64,000 nucleotides of DNA from an uncultured Chloroflexia bacterium (GCA_963775855.1 CAVZKO010000005.1:367846-431845); one strand, 5' to 3'; positions 8,771 through 20,965 are shown, counted from the stretch's first letter. The notes: a model not told the origin generated them from the sequence alone. Made by a program: numbers and translations.

Positions 8771-10012
8771 ATGACCGACCAGCTGAACGGCCGAAACGGC
8801 CACGTCTATATCGTCAGTGCCGCGCGGACGCCGATCGGGAAGTTCGGCGGGGGGCTCGCGAATACCCCGGCCGTGGAGCTCGGCAGCGTGGCGATCCGGG
8901 CCGCGGTCGAGCGGGCGGGCCTGCCGGATGGGACTCCGATCGACGAGGTCCTCATGGGCCAGGTTCTCCAGGCGGGCGTCGGCCAGGCGCCGGCTCGGCA
9001 GGCGGCGTTGCGGGCGGGCCTCCCGGACGGAACGAGCGCGACGACGATCAATCGCGTCTGCGGGTCCGGGCTCAAGTCGATCATGCTCGCGGCCGCGGAG
9101 ATCCGGGCGGGCGACGCCGAGATCGCCGTCGCCGGCGGCATGGAATCGATGAACCAGGCCCCGTACCTCCTGCGCGACGCCCGGTTCGGCTACCGCCTGG
9201 GCAACAGCGAGTTGGTGGACGCGGTAATCGCCGACGGCCTGTGGTGCACGGTGGAGAACTGCCACATGGGCACCCACGCCGAGCGCGTCGCGATCGGCAG
9301 CCGCGTCAGTCGCGAGGACCAGGACGCGTTCGCGCTCGCCTCGCATCAGCGGGCTATCGCCGCGATCGACGCCGGCCGCTTCGACGACGAGCTCGTGCCG
9401 GTCATCGTCCGTGACGCGAAGGGCCGCGAAACGGAGGTCGCGATCGACGAGAACCCGCGGCGCGACTCGACCGCCGAGGCCCTCGCCCGCCTCAAGCCCG
9501 CGTTCGCCCTGCCGGACGGCCCGGACCGCGGCGACGCGACCACCGGAACCGTGACCGCGGGAAACGCCCCCGGCATCACCGACGGAGCGGCCGCGACCAT
9601 CGTCGCCAGCGAGCGCGCCGTCGAGCGCCTTGGCCTCAAACCCCTCGCCCGGATCGTCGGTTACGCCCAGGCGGAGGTCGAGCCGAAGTGGCTGTTCCTC
9701 GCTCCGATCCAGGGCGTCCGGCGCCTCCTTGACCGGATCGAGCTGCCGATCGAGGCGTTCGACCTCGTCGAGATCAACGAGGCGTTCGCCGCCCAGGTCC
9801 TCGCCGACGGCCGGGAGCTCGGTTTCGACTGGGACAAGGTCAACGTGAACGGCGGGGCGATCGCCCTCGGCCACCCGATCGGGGCCAGCGGGGCGCGGGT
9901 CGTCGCCACGCTTCTCCACGAGCTGAACCGGCGCGAAGGCCGCTATGGCCTCGCGACGCTGTGTCTCGGCGGCGGTGGCTCCGTCGCTGCCGCGTTCGAG
10001 CGGGTCCAGTGA
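8771..10012 (+). CDS. Acetyl-CoA C-acetyltransferase (thiolase II)
   Basis: ORF 8771..10012. INRVCGSGL (active Cys), NEAFAAQ, GGAIALGHPIGASGAR and CLGGGG motifs. Confidence 0.92.
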   Translation: MTDQLNGRNGHVYIVSAARTPIGKFGGGLANTPAVELGSVAIRAAVERAGLPDGTPIDEVLMGQVLQAGVGQAPARQAALRAGLPDGTSATTINRVCGSGLKSIMLAAAEIRAGDAEIAVAGGMESMNQAPYLLRDARFGYRLGNSELVDAVIADGLWCTVENCHMGTHAERVAIGSRVSREDQDAFALASHQRAIAAIDAGRFDDELVPVIVRDAKGRETEVAIDENPRRDSTAEALARLKPAFALPDGPDRGDATTGTVTAGNAPGITDGAAATIVASERAVERLGLKPLARIVGYAQAEVEPKWLFLAPIQGVRRLLDRIELPIEAFDLVEINEAFAAQVLADGRELGFDWDKVNVNGGAIALGHPIGASGARVVATLLHELNRREGRYGLATLCLGGGGSVAAAFERVQ

Positions 10013-10013
10013 C

Positions 10014-11542
10014 ATGACGACGACGGCCGAGGACGCCCGCTCCAAATCCGGGACCGCCCCGCCGACGTTCCGCCTCTTCATCGCCGGGGAGTGGTGCGAG
10101 TCGACAAGCGGCCGAACCTTCGAGAGTCACAACCCGGCCGACACGAGAGATGTGGTCGGTCGCTTCCAGCAGGGCACGGCCGCCGATGTCGCCATGGCCA
10201 CCCGCGCCGCCGAGACCGCGTTCCCGCTCTGGCGCCGGACGCCCGCGCCGAAGCGCGGCGAGATCCTCTACCGCTTCGCGGAGCTCATGGCCCAGAACAA
10301 GGAGCGGCTCTCCCAGGCGATGAGCCGGGAGATGGGCAAGGTCATCGCCGAGGCGCGGGGCGACGTCCAGGAGGGGATCGACATCGCCTACCTGATGGCC
10401 GGCGAGGGTCGCCGGATGTTTGGCGAAACCGTCCCATCGGAGCTTCCGGACAAGTGGGCGATGAGCATCCGCCAGCCGATTGGCGTGGCCGGGATCATCA
10501 CGCCCTGGAACTTCCCGATCGCCATTCCGTGCTGGAAGATGACGCCGGCGCTCGTGACCGGCAACACCGTGGTGTTCAAGCCTGCCAGCGATACGCCCCA
10601 TTGCGCGACCCTCGTCGTCGAGCTGATGGCCGAAGCGGGGTTCCCGGCCGGCACGGTGAATCTCGTGACCGGCGGGGGAGCCGAAGTTGGCGACGCGATC
10701 GTCGACTCGCCCGACGTCTCGGTCATCTCCTTTACCGGATCGTCGGCGACCGGGAAGCGCATCGCCGAGCGGGCCGCCCGCCGCCTGAAGCGCGTCAGCC
10801 TTGAGCTCGGTGGCAAGAACGGGATCGTCGTCATGGCCGACGCCGACCTCGACCTCGCGACCGACGGGATCCTCTGGTCGGCGTTCGGGACGACGGGCCA
10901 GCGCTGCACGGCCGCGAGCCGCGTCGTCGTTGAGCGACCCGTCCTCGAGCCCCTGCTTGGTCGCCTCGAGATCGCGGGCGCGGAAGCTCCGGCTCGGACC
11001 CGGGAGCGACCCGGCCACGGACGTCGGGCCGCTGATCAACGCCGAGGCGGTCGACAAGGTCGCGTCCTACGTCGAGATCGGCCGGTCCGAGGGCGAGCTC
11101 GTGACCGGAGGGCAGCGGACCACGCGATGGCGATCTGGCGCACGGCCACTTCTTCGCGCCGACCGTGTTCTCCGAGGTGAAGCCGATGGACCGGATCGCC
11201 CAGGAGGAGATCTTCGGGCCGGTCCTGTCGGTCATCCCCGTTGATTCGTACGATGCGGCGGTCACGGCGCTCAACCAGACGCGTTACGGACTGTCGTCGT
11301 CGATCTACACCCGTGACGCGAACACCGCCTTCCGGGCGATGCGCGACTTCGAGACGGGCATCGTCTACGTCAACGCGGGAACGACCGGCGCGGAAACCCA
11401 CCTCCCGTTCGGCGGCTGGAAGGAGACCGGCAACGGCCACCGCGAGGCCGGCCACGCAGCCCTCGACACCTACACCGAGTGGAAGTCGATCTACGTCGAC
11501 TTCAGCGGCCGCTTACAACGGGCCCAGATAGATAATCAGTAG
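10014..11542 (+). CDS. NAD(P)-dependent aldehyde dehydrogenase, reading frame broken twice
   Basis: MTTTAEDAR... from ATG 10014 (ORF 9945..11180) carries [15 protein letters not shown] and GQRCTA. The frame shifts near 10960-10982 into the ORF 10801..11244 frame ([19 protein letters not shown]). It shifts again near 11118-11132 into ORF 11165..11542 ([11 protein letters not shown]...[11 protein letters not shown]). Confidence 0.8.
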
Positions 11543-11552
11543 TCTTGGCGTC

Positions 11553-11894
11553 GTGGCCACCTTCGACGACGTCCGACGGATTTCCATGGCGCTGCCCGAG
11601 GCCGAGGAGATCCTCACCTGGGAAACGGACATCACCTTCCGGGTCCGGAGCAAGATCTTCGCGATGGGCGGTGACGGGGCCGATCACGCGTCGATCAAGG
11701 CCACGCCGCTCGTCCAGGCCGACCTCGTCGATCGTGACCCGAAGACGTTCGCTCCCGCGGCCTATGTCGGCCGGTTCGGCTGGATCTACGTCGATCTGGA
11801 CAGGATCGACGACGCCGAGCTGGAACGACTCATCCGGCAAGCGTGGCGATTGACCGCCCCGAAGCGACTCGCGGCGACCATCGAGGAGGCCTGA
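11553..11894 (+). CDS. MmcQ/YjbR-family protein
   Basis: ORF 11553..11894 (GTG start). The pattern ALPEAEE...W..D.TFRV..KIFA......SIKA....A.L....P..F.PAAYVGRFGWI.VDL resembles the YjbR family. Confidence 0.65.
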   Translation: MATFDDVRRISMALPEAEEILTWETDITFRVRSKIFAMGGDGADHASIKATPLVQADLVDRDPKTFAPAAYVGRFGWIYVDLDRIDDAELERLIRQAWRLTAPKRLAATIEEA

Positions 11895-11958
11895 TAGGCG
11901 CGCAAACGCGGCTGCCTCCACGTGCCCATGGCCGATCAGCGAGTTCGATCTAGTCCGA

Positions 11959-12624
11959 TCAGCTCCCGCAAGTCGATTCGGTCTTGTCGAGCGTTTCGGC
12001 GAAGGCGACGTTCGCCTTCCTGATGGCTTCGATCGCGGCATTGATCTCGGCCACCTCCTTGTTACCGACTTCGACCTGCCTGTTGCTGATCCTGACCTGG
12101 GCGTTCGACTTGCTGAGCCAGGAATTGGCCGTCGCGTAACTGCCGGCCGCCGCGCTCGTGTACGCCTTGGCCATGTAGGAGATCGCGAGATCAAATGCCT
12201 TGTACCGCGCGTTGTTGGCCTTGTTCCACGCGGAACCGCTGGTCGTCCGGTCGAAGCTTTCGCGCTGCATCGCCAGAATTCGGCGGATCTCGGTCAGGTT
12301 CGCCGCCTGGGCCTTGATGCAGTCGGACTTGCGGCTGATCTGGAACTCGAGGACCTTCGTTCGTGACTTGTTGGTCGCGATCGTTTTCTGTTCCGTGGCG
12401 ACCTTGGCGCTCGCGTCGGTCACCTTGCCCTGGGTCTCCGTCAGCGACGTCTTCGTGATATCGAGATCAGCGGCGGTCGCGGCCAGGGTTTGCCTGGTCC
12501 GCTCCAGATCGGTGTTCGTCGAGTACGCCCAGGCGGCCGCGCCGCCGGCGGCGAGCACCAGGACGATGACGCCGATGGCTACGATGCGGAGGTCGATGCC
12601 GGACCGCTTCGCGTTGGTGTTCAT
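11959..12624 (-). CDS. Membrane-anchored coiled-coil protein, paralog 1
   Basis: ORF 11959..12624. N-terminal TM segment (IVAIGVIVLVLAAGGAAAWAY), a T/K/Q-rich coiled region, and two Cys (SDCIK ... STCGS at the C-terminus). ATGA overlap with the upstream paralog. Visibly lower GC than its flanks. Confidence 0.6.
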   Translation of the reverse strand: MNTNAKRSGIDLRIVAIGVIVLVLAAGGAAAWAYSTNTDLERTRQTLAATAADLDITKTSLTETQGKVTDASAKVATEQKTIATNKSRTKVLEFQISRKSDCIKAQAANLTEIRRILAMQRESFDRTTSGSAWNKANNARYKAFDLAISYMAKAYTSAAAGSYATANSWLSKSNAQVRISNRQVEVGNKEVAEINAAIEAIRKANVAFAETLDKTESTCGS

Positions 12625-13501
12625 GAGCCCACGTCCGCGCAGGTCGCTTCGGTCGTCTTCAGCTGCCGTTCCAGCGCCTTGATCGCGGCTTCGATCTCCG
12701 TCGCCGACCGATCAATCAGCTCGAACTCGGCGAGCTGCTGCTTGGCCTGGATCGCGACGACACCGACAGCTTCCTTGCCCTTCGCGGCCCACGACCGCGC
12801 CGACGCAAGGGCTCGATCGAACGACTTGCTGTAGGCCTGGTAATACGCGTTAAGTGCGTCGCCGGCCGCATTCGCTCGCTTCGTGTCCGACTTTGCCCAG
12901 GTCGAGTCCACCTTTGTCCGGTTGTTGTTGATCCTCTGGAGTTCGGTGATCCCGACCAGTTCTTCCAGCGCCAACGCCTGGAGGTCGACGCATTTGGTCT
13001 GGGTCGAGACCTGGGCCTCCAGTTCGGCCACCGTGGAGTCGAGCTTCGTTCGCTCCTCCGTGGCGCCAGCCAGTGTTGTCTTCGTCGCGTCGAGCGTGCC
13101 GGTCGTGTCGACGAGTGTCGCCTTCGTGGTTTCGAGATCGCCTTGGGTTGAGGCGAGCGTGGCACGGGTCGTGGCCAGGTCCTGGTTGAGCGAGTAGCCC
13201 AGGGCCGCGGCGCCGCCGATCGCAACCACGCCGAGGACCGCCACGACCGCCGACAGGCGGCCACCGACCCGACGCCGCCCGCTGGCCTGCTCCGGGACGA
13301 AGGCGTGAACAGGCGGAGGCTCGACTGTCTCCGTGTGGACGGCGGCATCGGTGTCGACAGGCGTGGCGTACGCTGGGTGGCGTCCGCCTCGGCCGCCGCA
13401 TCGATCGCCAAAGGCGCCTCAGGCGGCGGTGGCGTCGCTCCTGACGACGTGGAATCCGGATGTGGATCTGGATCCTTTCGGTCGGGGCCGACTTGATCCA
13501 T
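12621..13501 (-). CDS. Membrane-anchored coiled-coil protein, paralog 2 (frame break in the N-terminal tail)
   Basis: ORF 12621..13244 has the same architecture (TM, coiled region, TKCVD ... ATCADVGS). The in-frame upstream sequence (VDTDAAVHTETVEPPPVHAFVPEQASGRRRVGGRLSAVVAVLG) has no start. ATG 13501 has a strong SD (GGAGGG, 4-nt spacer) but lies in another frame, so a break near 13340-13380 is implied. Confidence 0.55.
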
Positions 13502-13696
13502 CTGTCCCTCCAGTTTCCCTGGCGCCGGCGGCGCTTGCCGTGACGGGCGGCGCGGGCCGTGATCCTACGCGCCCCGCGCCTCTGGAGTCTCGCGTCGTGA
13601 TCGACAACTCGGTGCGGTGCGGCATCGTTTCGGGATCGTCGGCTACCCTAGCCGTCGCCGTCCTCGCCGCCCGTCACGCAGGGGGAGACTCGCCAG

Positions 13697-15996
<2,300 letters not shown>

Positions 15997-16119
15997 TCGG
16001 CGCCACCAAGGACTACTCGCAAGGGTGACTCTTGGCCCATTTCGGGCTTTCACCTGGCGGGACACGCTTGCATCGGCACGTAAGATCACGTTCCGGCGCG
16101 CGCGGCCGTGGAGGGAGAA

Positions 16120-16449
16120 GTGAACAACATCGACCAGGCAGACGAGAAGGTCTTCTCGCCTGCTGCCCTCAGGATCATCCGGCGCCACAGGCTGGATCCT
16201 GAGGATGGCCGCTATTGTCGTGCGTGCGGTCGGCCCGTAGGGGCCTGCGACGTGCTTGCCCTGGCACACGCAGTCGCCTCCGACCTCCGGGTCGCCCAGA
16301 GCCGACCCCAGGCCGCCCAACAGCCGGCTCGGGACGGCGGATCGGAATCGCCGGGCGAGGCAGCCACGTCGGCGAGGGGTTCCGCTCGACTGAGCCTCCC
16401 CAGGCACCCAGGCCGCCGACATACCGATCGGGCGCCAATAGAGGCCTGA
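16120..16449 (+). CDS. Hypothetical small protein with CxxC...C motif
   Basis: ORF 16108..16449. GTG 16120 lies 5 nt after GGAGG (16110-16114). RHRLDPEDGRYCRACGRPVGAC segment. The C-terminal half is low complexity. A strong hairpin follows. Confidence 0.3.
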   Translation: MNNIDQADEKVFSPAALRIIRRHRLDPEDGRYCRACGRPVGACDVLALAHAVASDLRVAQSRPQAAQQPARDGGSESPGEAATSARGSARLSLPRHPGRRHTDRAPIEA

Positions 16450-16488
16450 AGGTCATCCGAGCTCACGCTCAGTCGGCGAAGTGGACGA

Positions 16489-16526
16489 CGCCCGGAGGGC
16501 GGGGGCAACCACCGCTCCGGGCGTTT
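16489..16526 (+). terminator. Candidate intrinsic terminator
   Basis: Perfect 9-bp stem CGCCCGGAG (16489-16497) / CTCCGGGCG (16515-16523) followed by TTT, 40 nt after the ORF stop. Confidence 0.4.
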
Positions 16527-16753
16527 GAGCTGACGGCGCTGGTGTGCCCTTGCGCTCCGCCATCCCAGGTGGTCCGCCGGGGGGCTGGCGGACCGGACGC
16601 CGAGGGTAACCGCGTCTGGGTTCCTGATGCCATTAGGTGGAGTGACCTATCTGCCGGGCGAGAGCGGGCGCCGTCTCGGGCCGCGATGGCGCCGGCTACG
16701 GTAGACTCGGCCGCGCTGCTCAGTTGGATGCTCTAGCTGAGCGTGATCCTGCT

Positions 16754-16828
16754 GGGCCGGTAGCTCAATGGCAGAGCAACTGACTCTTAATCAGTTGGTT
16801 GGGAGTTCGAGTCTCCCCCGGCTCACCA
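16754..16828 (+). tRNA. tRNA-Lys (anticodon CTT)
   Basis: GGGCCGGTAGCTCAATGGCAGAGCAACTGACTCTTAATCAGTTGGTTGGGAGTTCGAGTCTCCCCCGGCTCACCA. The acceptor stem pairs with one G-U. Anticodon stem ACTGA/TCAGT with loop CTCTTAA. T-arm GGGAG-TTCGAGT-CTCCC. CCA is encoded. Confidence 0.93.
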
Positions 16829-16844
16829 GCAATCTGCGCACGAA

Positions 16845-16876
16845 AGAGCCCGTCCGGGGCAGTCCCGGCGGGCTCT
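16845..16876 (+). terminator. Hairpin immediately downstream of the tRNA
   Basis: AGAGCCCG (16845-16852) pairs perfectly with CGGGCTCT (16869-16876). An inner CCGGG/CCCGG pairing extends the stem. Confidence 0.5.
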
Positions 16877-17045
16877 CTGATTCGGGCCGTGCCCCTCGTC
16901 TACCCCTTATGCCGTGGAAACCGCGCGTCGACCACGGATCGTGTCGTATCGCTCGTTGGCGATGGTATGGCCCTTGACGGCGAAGCCGAAGATACCGCTA
17001 CCGGGGTTGTCGCCCTCGGGCGGCCCCGGCCGGAAGGAGGCCGCC

Positions 17046-18099
17046 ATGGCTATCGACTCCACCGTCCCCCGGACTCGGCGGGCGATCCTCGCTGGGGGCT
17101 TGGGTGGCCTGACCGCCCTCGTCGGCGAATGCGCTGGGGCGTCCCGATGCTGTCCAAGCCGGGGTCGATGGTGACGTGGTGCTCGGGGAGCACAACATCG
17201 CTGAGACAACGACCAGCATTGAGAACACGACCACTAGCAGCACGGTTTTCGAGGTCGTTAGCGATTCGGCCAGAGGTATTCACGTGTCCAGTGAGTCGGG
17301 ACTCGGCGTCTTTGTCAGTTGCTTCGACGGCGACGGCCTGGTCGTTGAGAGTCATTTCGGCACTGCCGTCTCCGGTCACGCCGACCGGGGCCCGGGCGTG
17401 TTTGGGCACGCCGGTGATTCGTGGGGTGTCTTTGGCTCCAGTCACTCCATCGAAGAGGCCGCTGTCTTCGGAGGTGGCTACGGCTCATCCACGGGCGTCC
17501 AGGGCTACAGCGGCCCCGCGGCCGCGGCACCGCCATCGCCACCCAAGACCGGTGTCCACGGCTACGCGGTCCAGGACGCCACCGCCCGAGGTGTGCACGG
17601 CCAGACGACCATCGGCCGCGGGGTCTTTGGCGAGGCGACGTCGGGCTTGGGCGTCCGAGGCTTCGCGACGACAGGCATTGGCGTTTCGGCCGAGGCGACG
17701 ACTGGCTACGCGCTCCGGACCAGGGGCCGGATCAAACTCGACCGGAGCGCCGGCCAGGCGTCGATCGCGTCGGGCGCCTCGAGCGTCGTCGTGACGCCGG
17801 GGATCGACCTGACCTCGTCGTCAGCGGTGATCGCCACCCTGAACGGCAACGCGGGCGGCTCGACGACCGTCAGGCGGGTCGCGATCGACACGGCGGCCAA
17901 CACGTTCACGATCCACCTGACGGCGAATAGCACGGCCAGCGTCAAGGTCGCCTGGCTCGTCCTAGTTAGAGCACCGCATGAGCGGGCTCCACCTAGCATC
18001 ACGCTGCACCCGGCTCCGTCCGAGTCGCGCGATCCCGCTCGGCGGCCAGCCCGGACCGCGGCCGCCCGCGGCCGCCCGCCCTCCATCGCAGATACTTGA
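17046..18099 (+). CDS. Tat-signal secreted repeat protein (G-V-x-G repeats), frame break after the signal peptide; true stop possibly near 17966
   Basis: ATG 17046 behind GGAAGGAGG gives MAIDSTVPRTRRAILAGGLGGLTALV, a twin-arginine signal. The frame changes near 17120-17127 into ORF 17176..18099. About 12 short repeats of the type GVFG/GVHG/GVRG/GVQG follow. The C-terminal module ends FTIHLTANSTASVKVAWLVL. The tail after 17966 is Arg/Pro-rich junk, and TAG codons lie in the other two frames at 17962-17969. Confidence 0.6.
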
Positions 18100-18103
18100 A
18101 CGC

Positions 18104-18880
18104 ATGAGCAAGGTGCTTGGGGCACTGGTCGCCGCCGCGGCTTTGGTCGCCGTGACAGGGTGCGCCACACCGACGCCGCCGACGCCGGCATCGCCCTCTC
18201 CCGGCCAGAGCCCGGAGCAGGCCGCACCGAGTGAGAGTCCCGCCTCCGACTCCTGTGCCAGCCTCACTGGGGACGACGTACGGGCAGCCATCATGGCTCT
18301 GCCCGGTTGGTCGTACGAGGCCTGGGCAACCCGCGGGGCCATTGGCCTGCCGCAGCCCTCCCACCTCAGCGGGGAGGTGGAGTACGTCGCGCCCGACCGC
18401 CTGCGTGTGGTGGGCTGGGATCCGGTCGGCATTCGGCACGGCCACTTCATCATCGGGGACCGAATGTGGTCGTACTCCCGCTTGCCAGCGTCGTCGCCCC
18501 CCGACCCGGCCAACGCCCGCTTGGCCGAGTCGTCCCCCTCCTCCGCGGGCGACTTCGCAACAATGCTGGACGGCGTGTTTCCGTTCAAGGGCACGTTCAG
18601 CGCCTTCCCGTTCCCGGGCGACCTGCCGGGTGACGGCCTGCGGGAGTCACCTCGCGTCGCCGATACCGAATGTCTGGCCACCGACCCGAACGGAACGTCC
18701 CTGGTCACGACCCGGTCCGGTCAGCTGGTCCGAATGACCTGGGTGGAACAGTCCGGCAGGTTCCCCGTGGGAAGGGCACTCCTCTTCAACGCCACGATGC
18801 CACCGGCGATCGAGCCGCCGACTGTCGCGGATCTCAAAACGGAGCTAATCGAGCCTACCCGGCTACGCCGCGGCAACTGA
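18104..18880 (+). CDS. Lipoprotein, unknown function
   Basis: In-frame ATG 18104 of ORF 17978..18880. MSKVLGALVAAAALVAVTGC lipobox, then a Pro/Ser-rich linker. Confidence 0.65.
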   Translation: MSKVLGALVAAAALVAVTGCATPTPPTPASPSPGQSPEQAAPSESPASDSCASLTGDDVRAAIMALPGWSYEAWATRGAIGLPQPSHLSGEVEYVAPDRLRVVGWDPVGIRHGHFIIGDRMWSYSRLPASSPPDPANARLAESSPSSAGDFATMLDGVFPFKGTFSAFPFPGDLPGDGLRESPRVADTECLATDPNGTSLVTTRSGQLVRMTWVEQSGRFPVGRALLFNATMPPAIEPPTVADLKTELIEPTRLRRGN

Positions 18881-19051
18881 CCCTCACTAGCCTGGCCCGA
18901 CCCCCGGCTCGGCCGGTCGAGACGATCCGCCCTACGCCGCCGGCGAGACGCTCGAGGCTCCCCGGTTCCGCGACTGAGGACTAACCCGCCACGTTCCCCC
19001 CAACGCGGCGGGCCCGTCCGAGAGGGCGCGACCGGGGGCATTCCAACGAGG

Positions 19052-19123
19052 AACGGACTCCCGGAGAGGTGCGCAGGCGAGGCCCCCCCGCCGTCGCGAG
19101 CGACTTCTCTCCGGTAGTCCGTT
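19052..19123. repeat. 17-nt inverted repeat (long hairpin) inside a 660-bp noncoding stretch
   Basis: AACGGACTCCCGGAGAG (19052-19068) pairs with CTCTCCGGTAGTCCGTT (19107-19123) at 16 of 17 positions around a 38-nt GC-rich loop. Confidence 0.5.
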
Positions 19124-19544
19124 GGGGACACCGTACAAATCCGAACCTTGCGCCGGAGCTTGCAAACAGCGCGATCCGTGGCACGCACTCTCGATGTCGT
19201 TGACGCCGGGCACCTATCCGCCTAACAGCGGGATCGGCGTGTCGTTTCGGCAGGTGAGGCCCTCCGGCGCTCCAGCCGTTCCCCCGGCGTGACCGGTTCG
19301 CCCGGGGGCCTCGTAGCCCATCACGGACTGCCTGAGCCTCCCGCGCAGGAGCGAGGCGTTGCCGGCCAACCGGCAGCCGAACCGAGCGCCCCGGATGAAA
19401 TCCTCAGATAAGTGGCAGCTGAAGCGGGCAGGCGTAGGTTGCCCCTAGCGCGTCGATACCGCCATCGCCATGGGAGCGGATGGCCGGAGATCTGTAGACC
19501 GCCACGTCTCAAACGCCCGTCGCAATGATGGGAGGATGTGAACG

Positions 19545-20423
19545 TTGCGGTTCCTGCGAACGGCCTTACTGGTGGCGCTCGTGTCGGGCTCATCCCTCGC
19601 CCCGCCCGCCTTTGCAGCGGCCAAGCCAGCGCTTGGCCCGGTCGAGATCACAAGTACGGACACCGGCCAAAGGCTCGCCACACAAACGGCGGAGCGGCGC
19701 TCGTCATCGCGTCCGGTCCGGGCGGCCAACCTGCGCGTTTGGCGGCTTGGACCCGATGACTATCTGATCGGCGAGAAGTGGCCCCAGCACTTCAAGTCCA
19801 GGATGGTGACGGATGCCTCCGGCATGACGACGGTCTCGATGTCATACGACGTGGGCGGTCGCCAGTCGGCCTCCACCTCCCGTATCGCTGTCGACGGCGG
19901 GTCCGTCCAGGCGGCGTGGTCCTACATCAGCGGGGGGTGTTTCACCCGGCTGCAAAACCTCTTCGGTTGGCTGGACTCTTGCTACCAGGTCCACAAGCTC
20001 ACAAACGAGGGCGACCCGCGAGACTTCTACAAGCTGGAGCAGTACGGCAGCGAGGGCGCCAAGGTCCTCGGAAAGATCTACTCCGGGTCACTCGGCGCGA
20101 TGAAGGCTTCGTCCAGCTCCGCCATGTCCTGGATCGATTGGAGCCCTCGGAGCACGGTGTCAGGCAGTTGCCAGACGGTGCCGCTCTCCGTGTCGGCTCT
20201 CGGCGTGTCCTACTCGGCGTCCGGGCTGATGTGCGAGCGATGGAACATGTACAAGTACGCGGACGCAGGTCATTACAAGCAGGAATGGAGCTGCGGCTGT
20301 GTTCCGACCTTCGGTCAGCCCTATCCCAACGTCCGTGAAATCGACTACCTCCAGGTGATCAGCGTTCTGAACGGAAAGTCCGCGATCTGGACCCTGAGCG
20401 CCTCGTACCATGCAATGCCGTGA
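19545..20423 (+). CDS. Secreted Cys-rich protein, unknown function
   Basis: ORF 19545..20423. TTG start 8 nt after GGGAGGA. Signal peptide (M)RFLRTALLVALVSGSSLAPPAFA-AAK. Seven Cys in the mature part. GC is lower than in core genes. Confidence 0.6.
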   Translation: MRFLRTALLVALVSGSSLAPPAFAAAKPALGPVEITSTDTGQRLATQTAERRSSSRPVRAANLRVWRLGPDDYLIGEKWPQHFKSRMVTDASGMTTVSMSYDVGGRQSASTSRIAVDGGSVQAAWSYISGGCFTRLQNLFGWLDSCYQVHKLTNEGDPRDFYKLEQYGSEGAKVLGKIYSGSLGAMKASSSSAMSWIDWSPRSTVSGSCQTVPLSVSALGVSYSASGLMCERWNMYKYADAGHYKQEWSCGCVPTFGQPYPNVREIDYLQVISVLNGKSAIWTLSASYHAMP

Positions 20424-20891
20424 CGCGAGGCGGTGCCCTCGTCGGGGTCATCGCTGCGTTGGTGATCGGGTGTGCGCCGACGGCGAACACGGCGCCACGG
20501 ACGCCAACGTCGGAGGCGGCCCTTGCCTATTTCGCCACCGTGGTTGACCTCGTCGAGCGCGGCGACGTTCTCTCGATTTGCGCGCTGGGCTCTGGGACGT
20601 GCGCCCACGATCTCAGAAACGCCGACCTCACGTCCGTGCCCAGAACGCTTCCCAAGGTCATCGCGGACGAGGGTCATAGCCTCGACCCAGAAGGCCGATG
20701 GCACCTGGATCGTCGGCGGACAGGTACTTGAGGTGTGCGGCGTCGACGGCCACAACGAGCCCTTCTACTCCGAGCTCCTCGTGTTCTACGACGGGGACCG
20801 GCTTATCTCGACGAATCCTCTCTACTGGTCGGGCCTGCGCGTGTCTACGTCAGATACGACGACCAGCCTTCTCCGCCCAGCCTGCAGCTGA
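20420..20891 (+). CDS. Lipoprotein, unknown function (one frame break)
   Basis: GTG 20420 overlaps the upstream stop (GTGA). MTRGGALVGVIAALVIGC lipobox (ORF 20420..20731). It continues in the ORF 20472..20891 frame (VIASTQKADGTWIVGGQVLEVCGVDGHNEPFYSELLVFYDGDRLIS...) after a break near 20660-20680. Confidence 0.5.
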
Positions 20892-20965
20892 GGCCTCTGA
20901 ACGTGAAAACGGCCCTCGGAGCGATCCGAGGGCCGTTCGCTGTTGGCGAGAGGTTCGCCGGTTAC

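Noticed and set aside
10960-11132. Programmed ribosomal frameshifting as an explanation for the split genes (aldehyde DH, coxL2, MMPL and others).
   Set aside because: No slippery heptamers or downstream pseudoknot-like structures appear at the junctions. The breaks occur in both directions, in unrelated genes, and often at 2-4 nt homopolymers.
16450-16753. A structured ncRNA (SRP RNA, 6S, RNase P or tmRNA) in the 300 nt upstream of tRNA-Lys. The region contains two perfect 8-9 bp GC stems.
   Set aside because: None of the conserved cores of those RNAs is present, for example the SRP GGAA/AGCAGC motif or the RNase P GAGGAAAGUCC. The first hairpin is better explained as the terminator of the upstream small ORF.
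18721-19593. Track ORFs inside the island's noncoding gap (18721..19188, 18932..19213, 19321..19593 and others).
   Set aside because: All are Arg/Pro/Gly-rich, lack SD sequences and motifs, and overlap each other in several frames.
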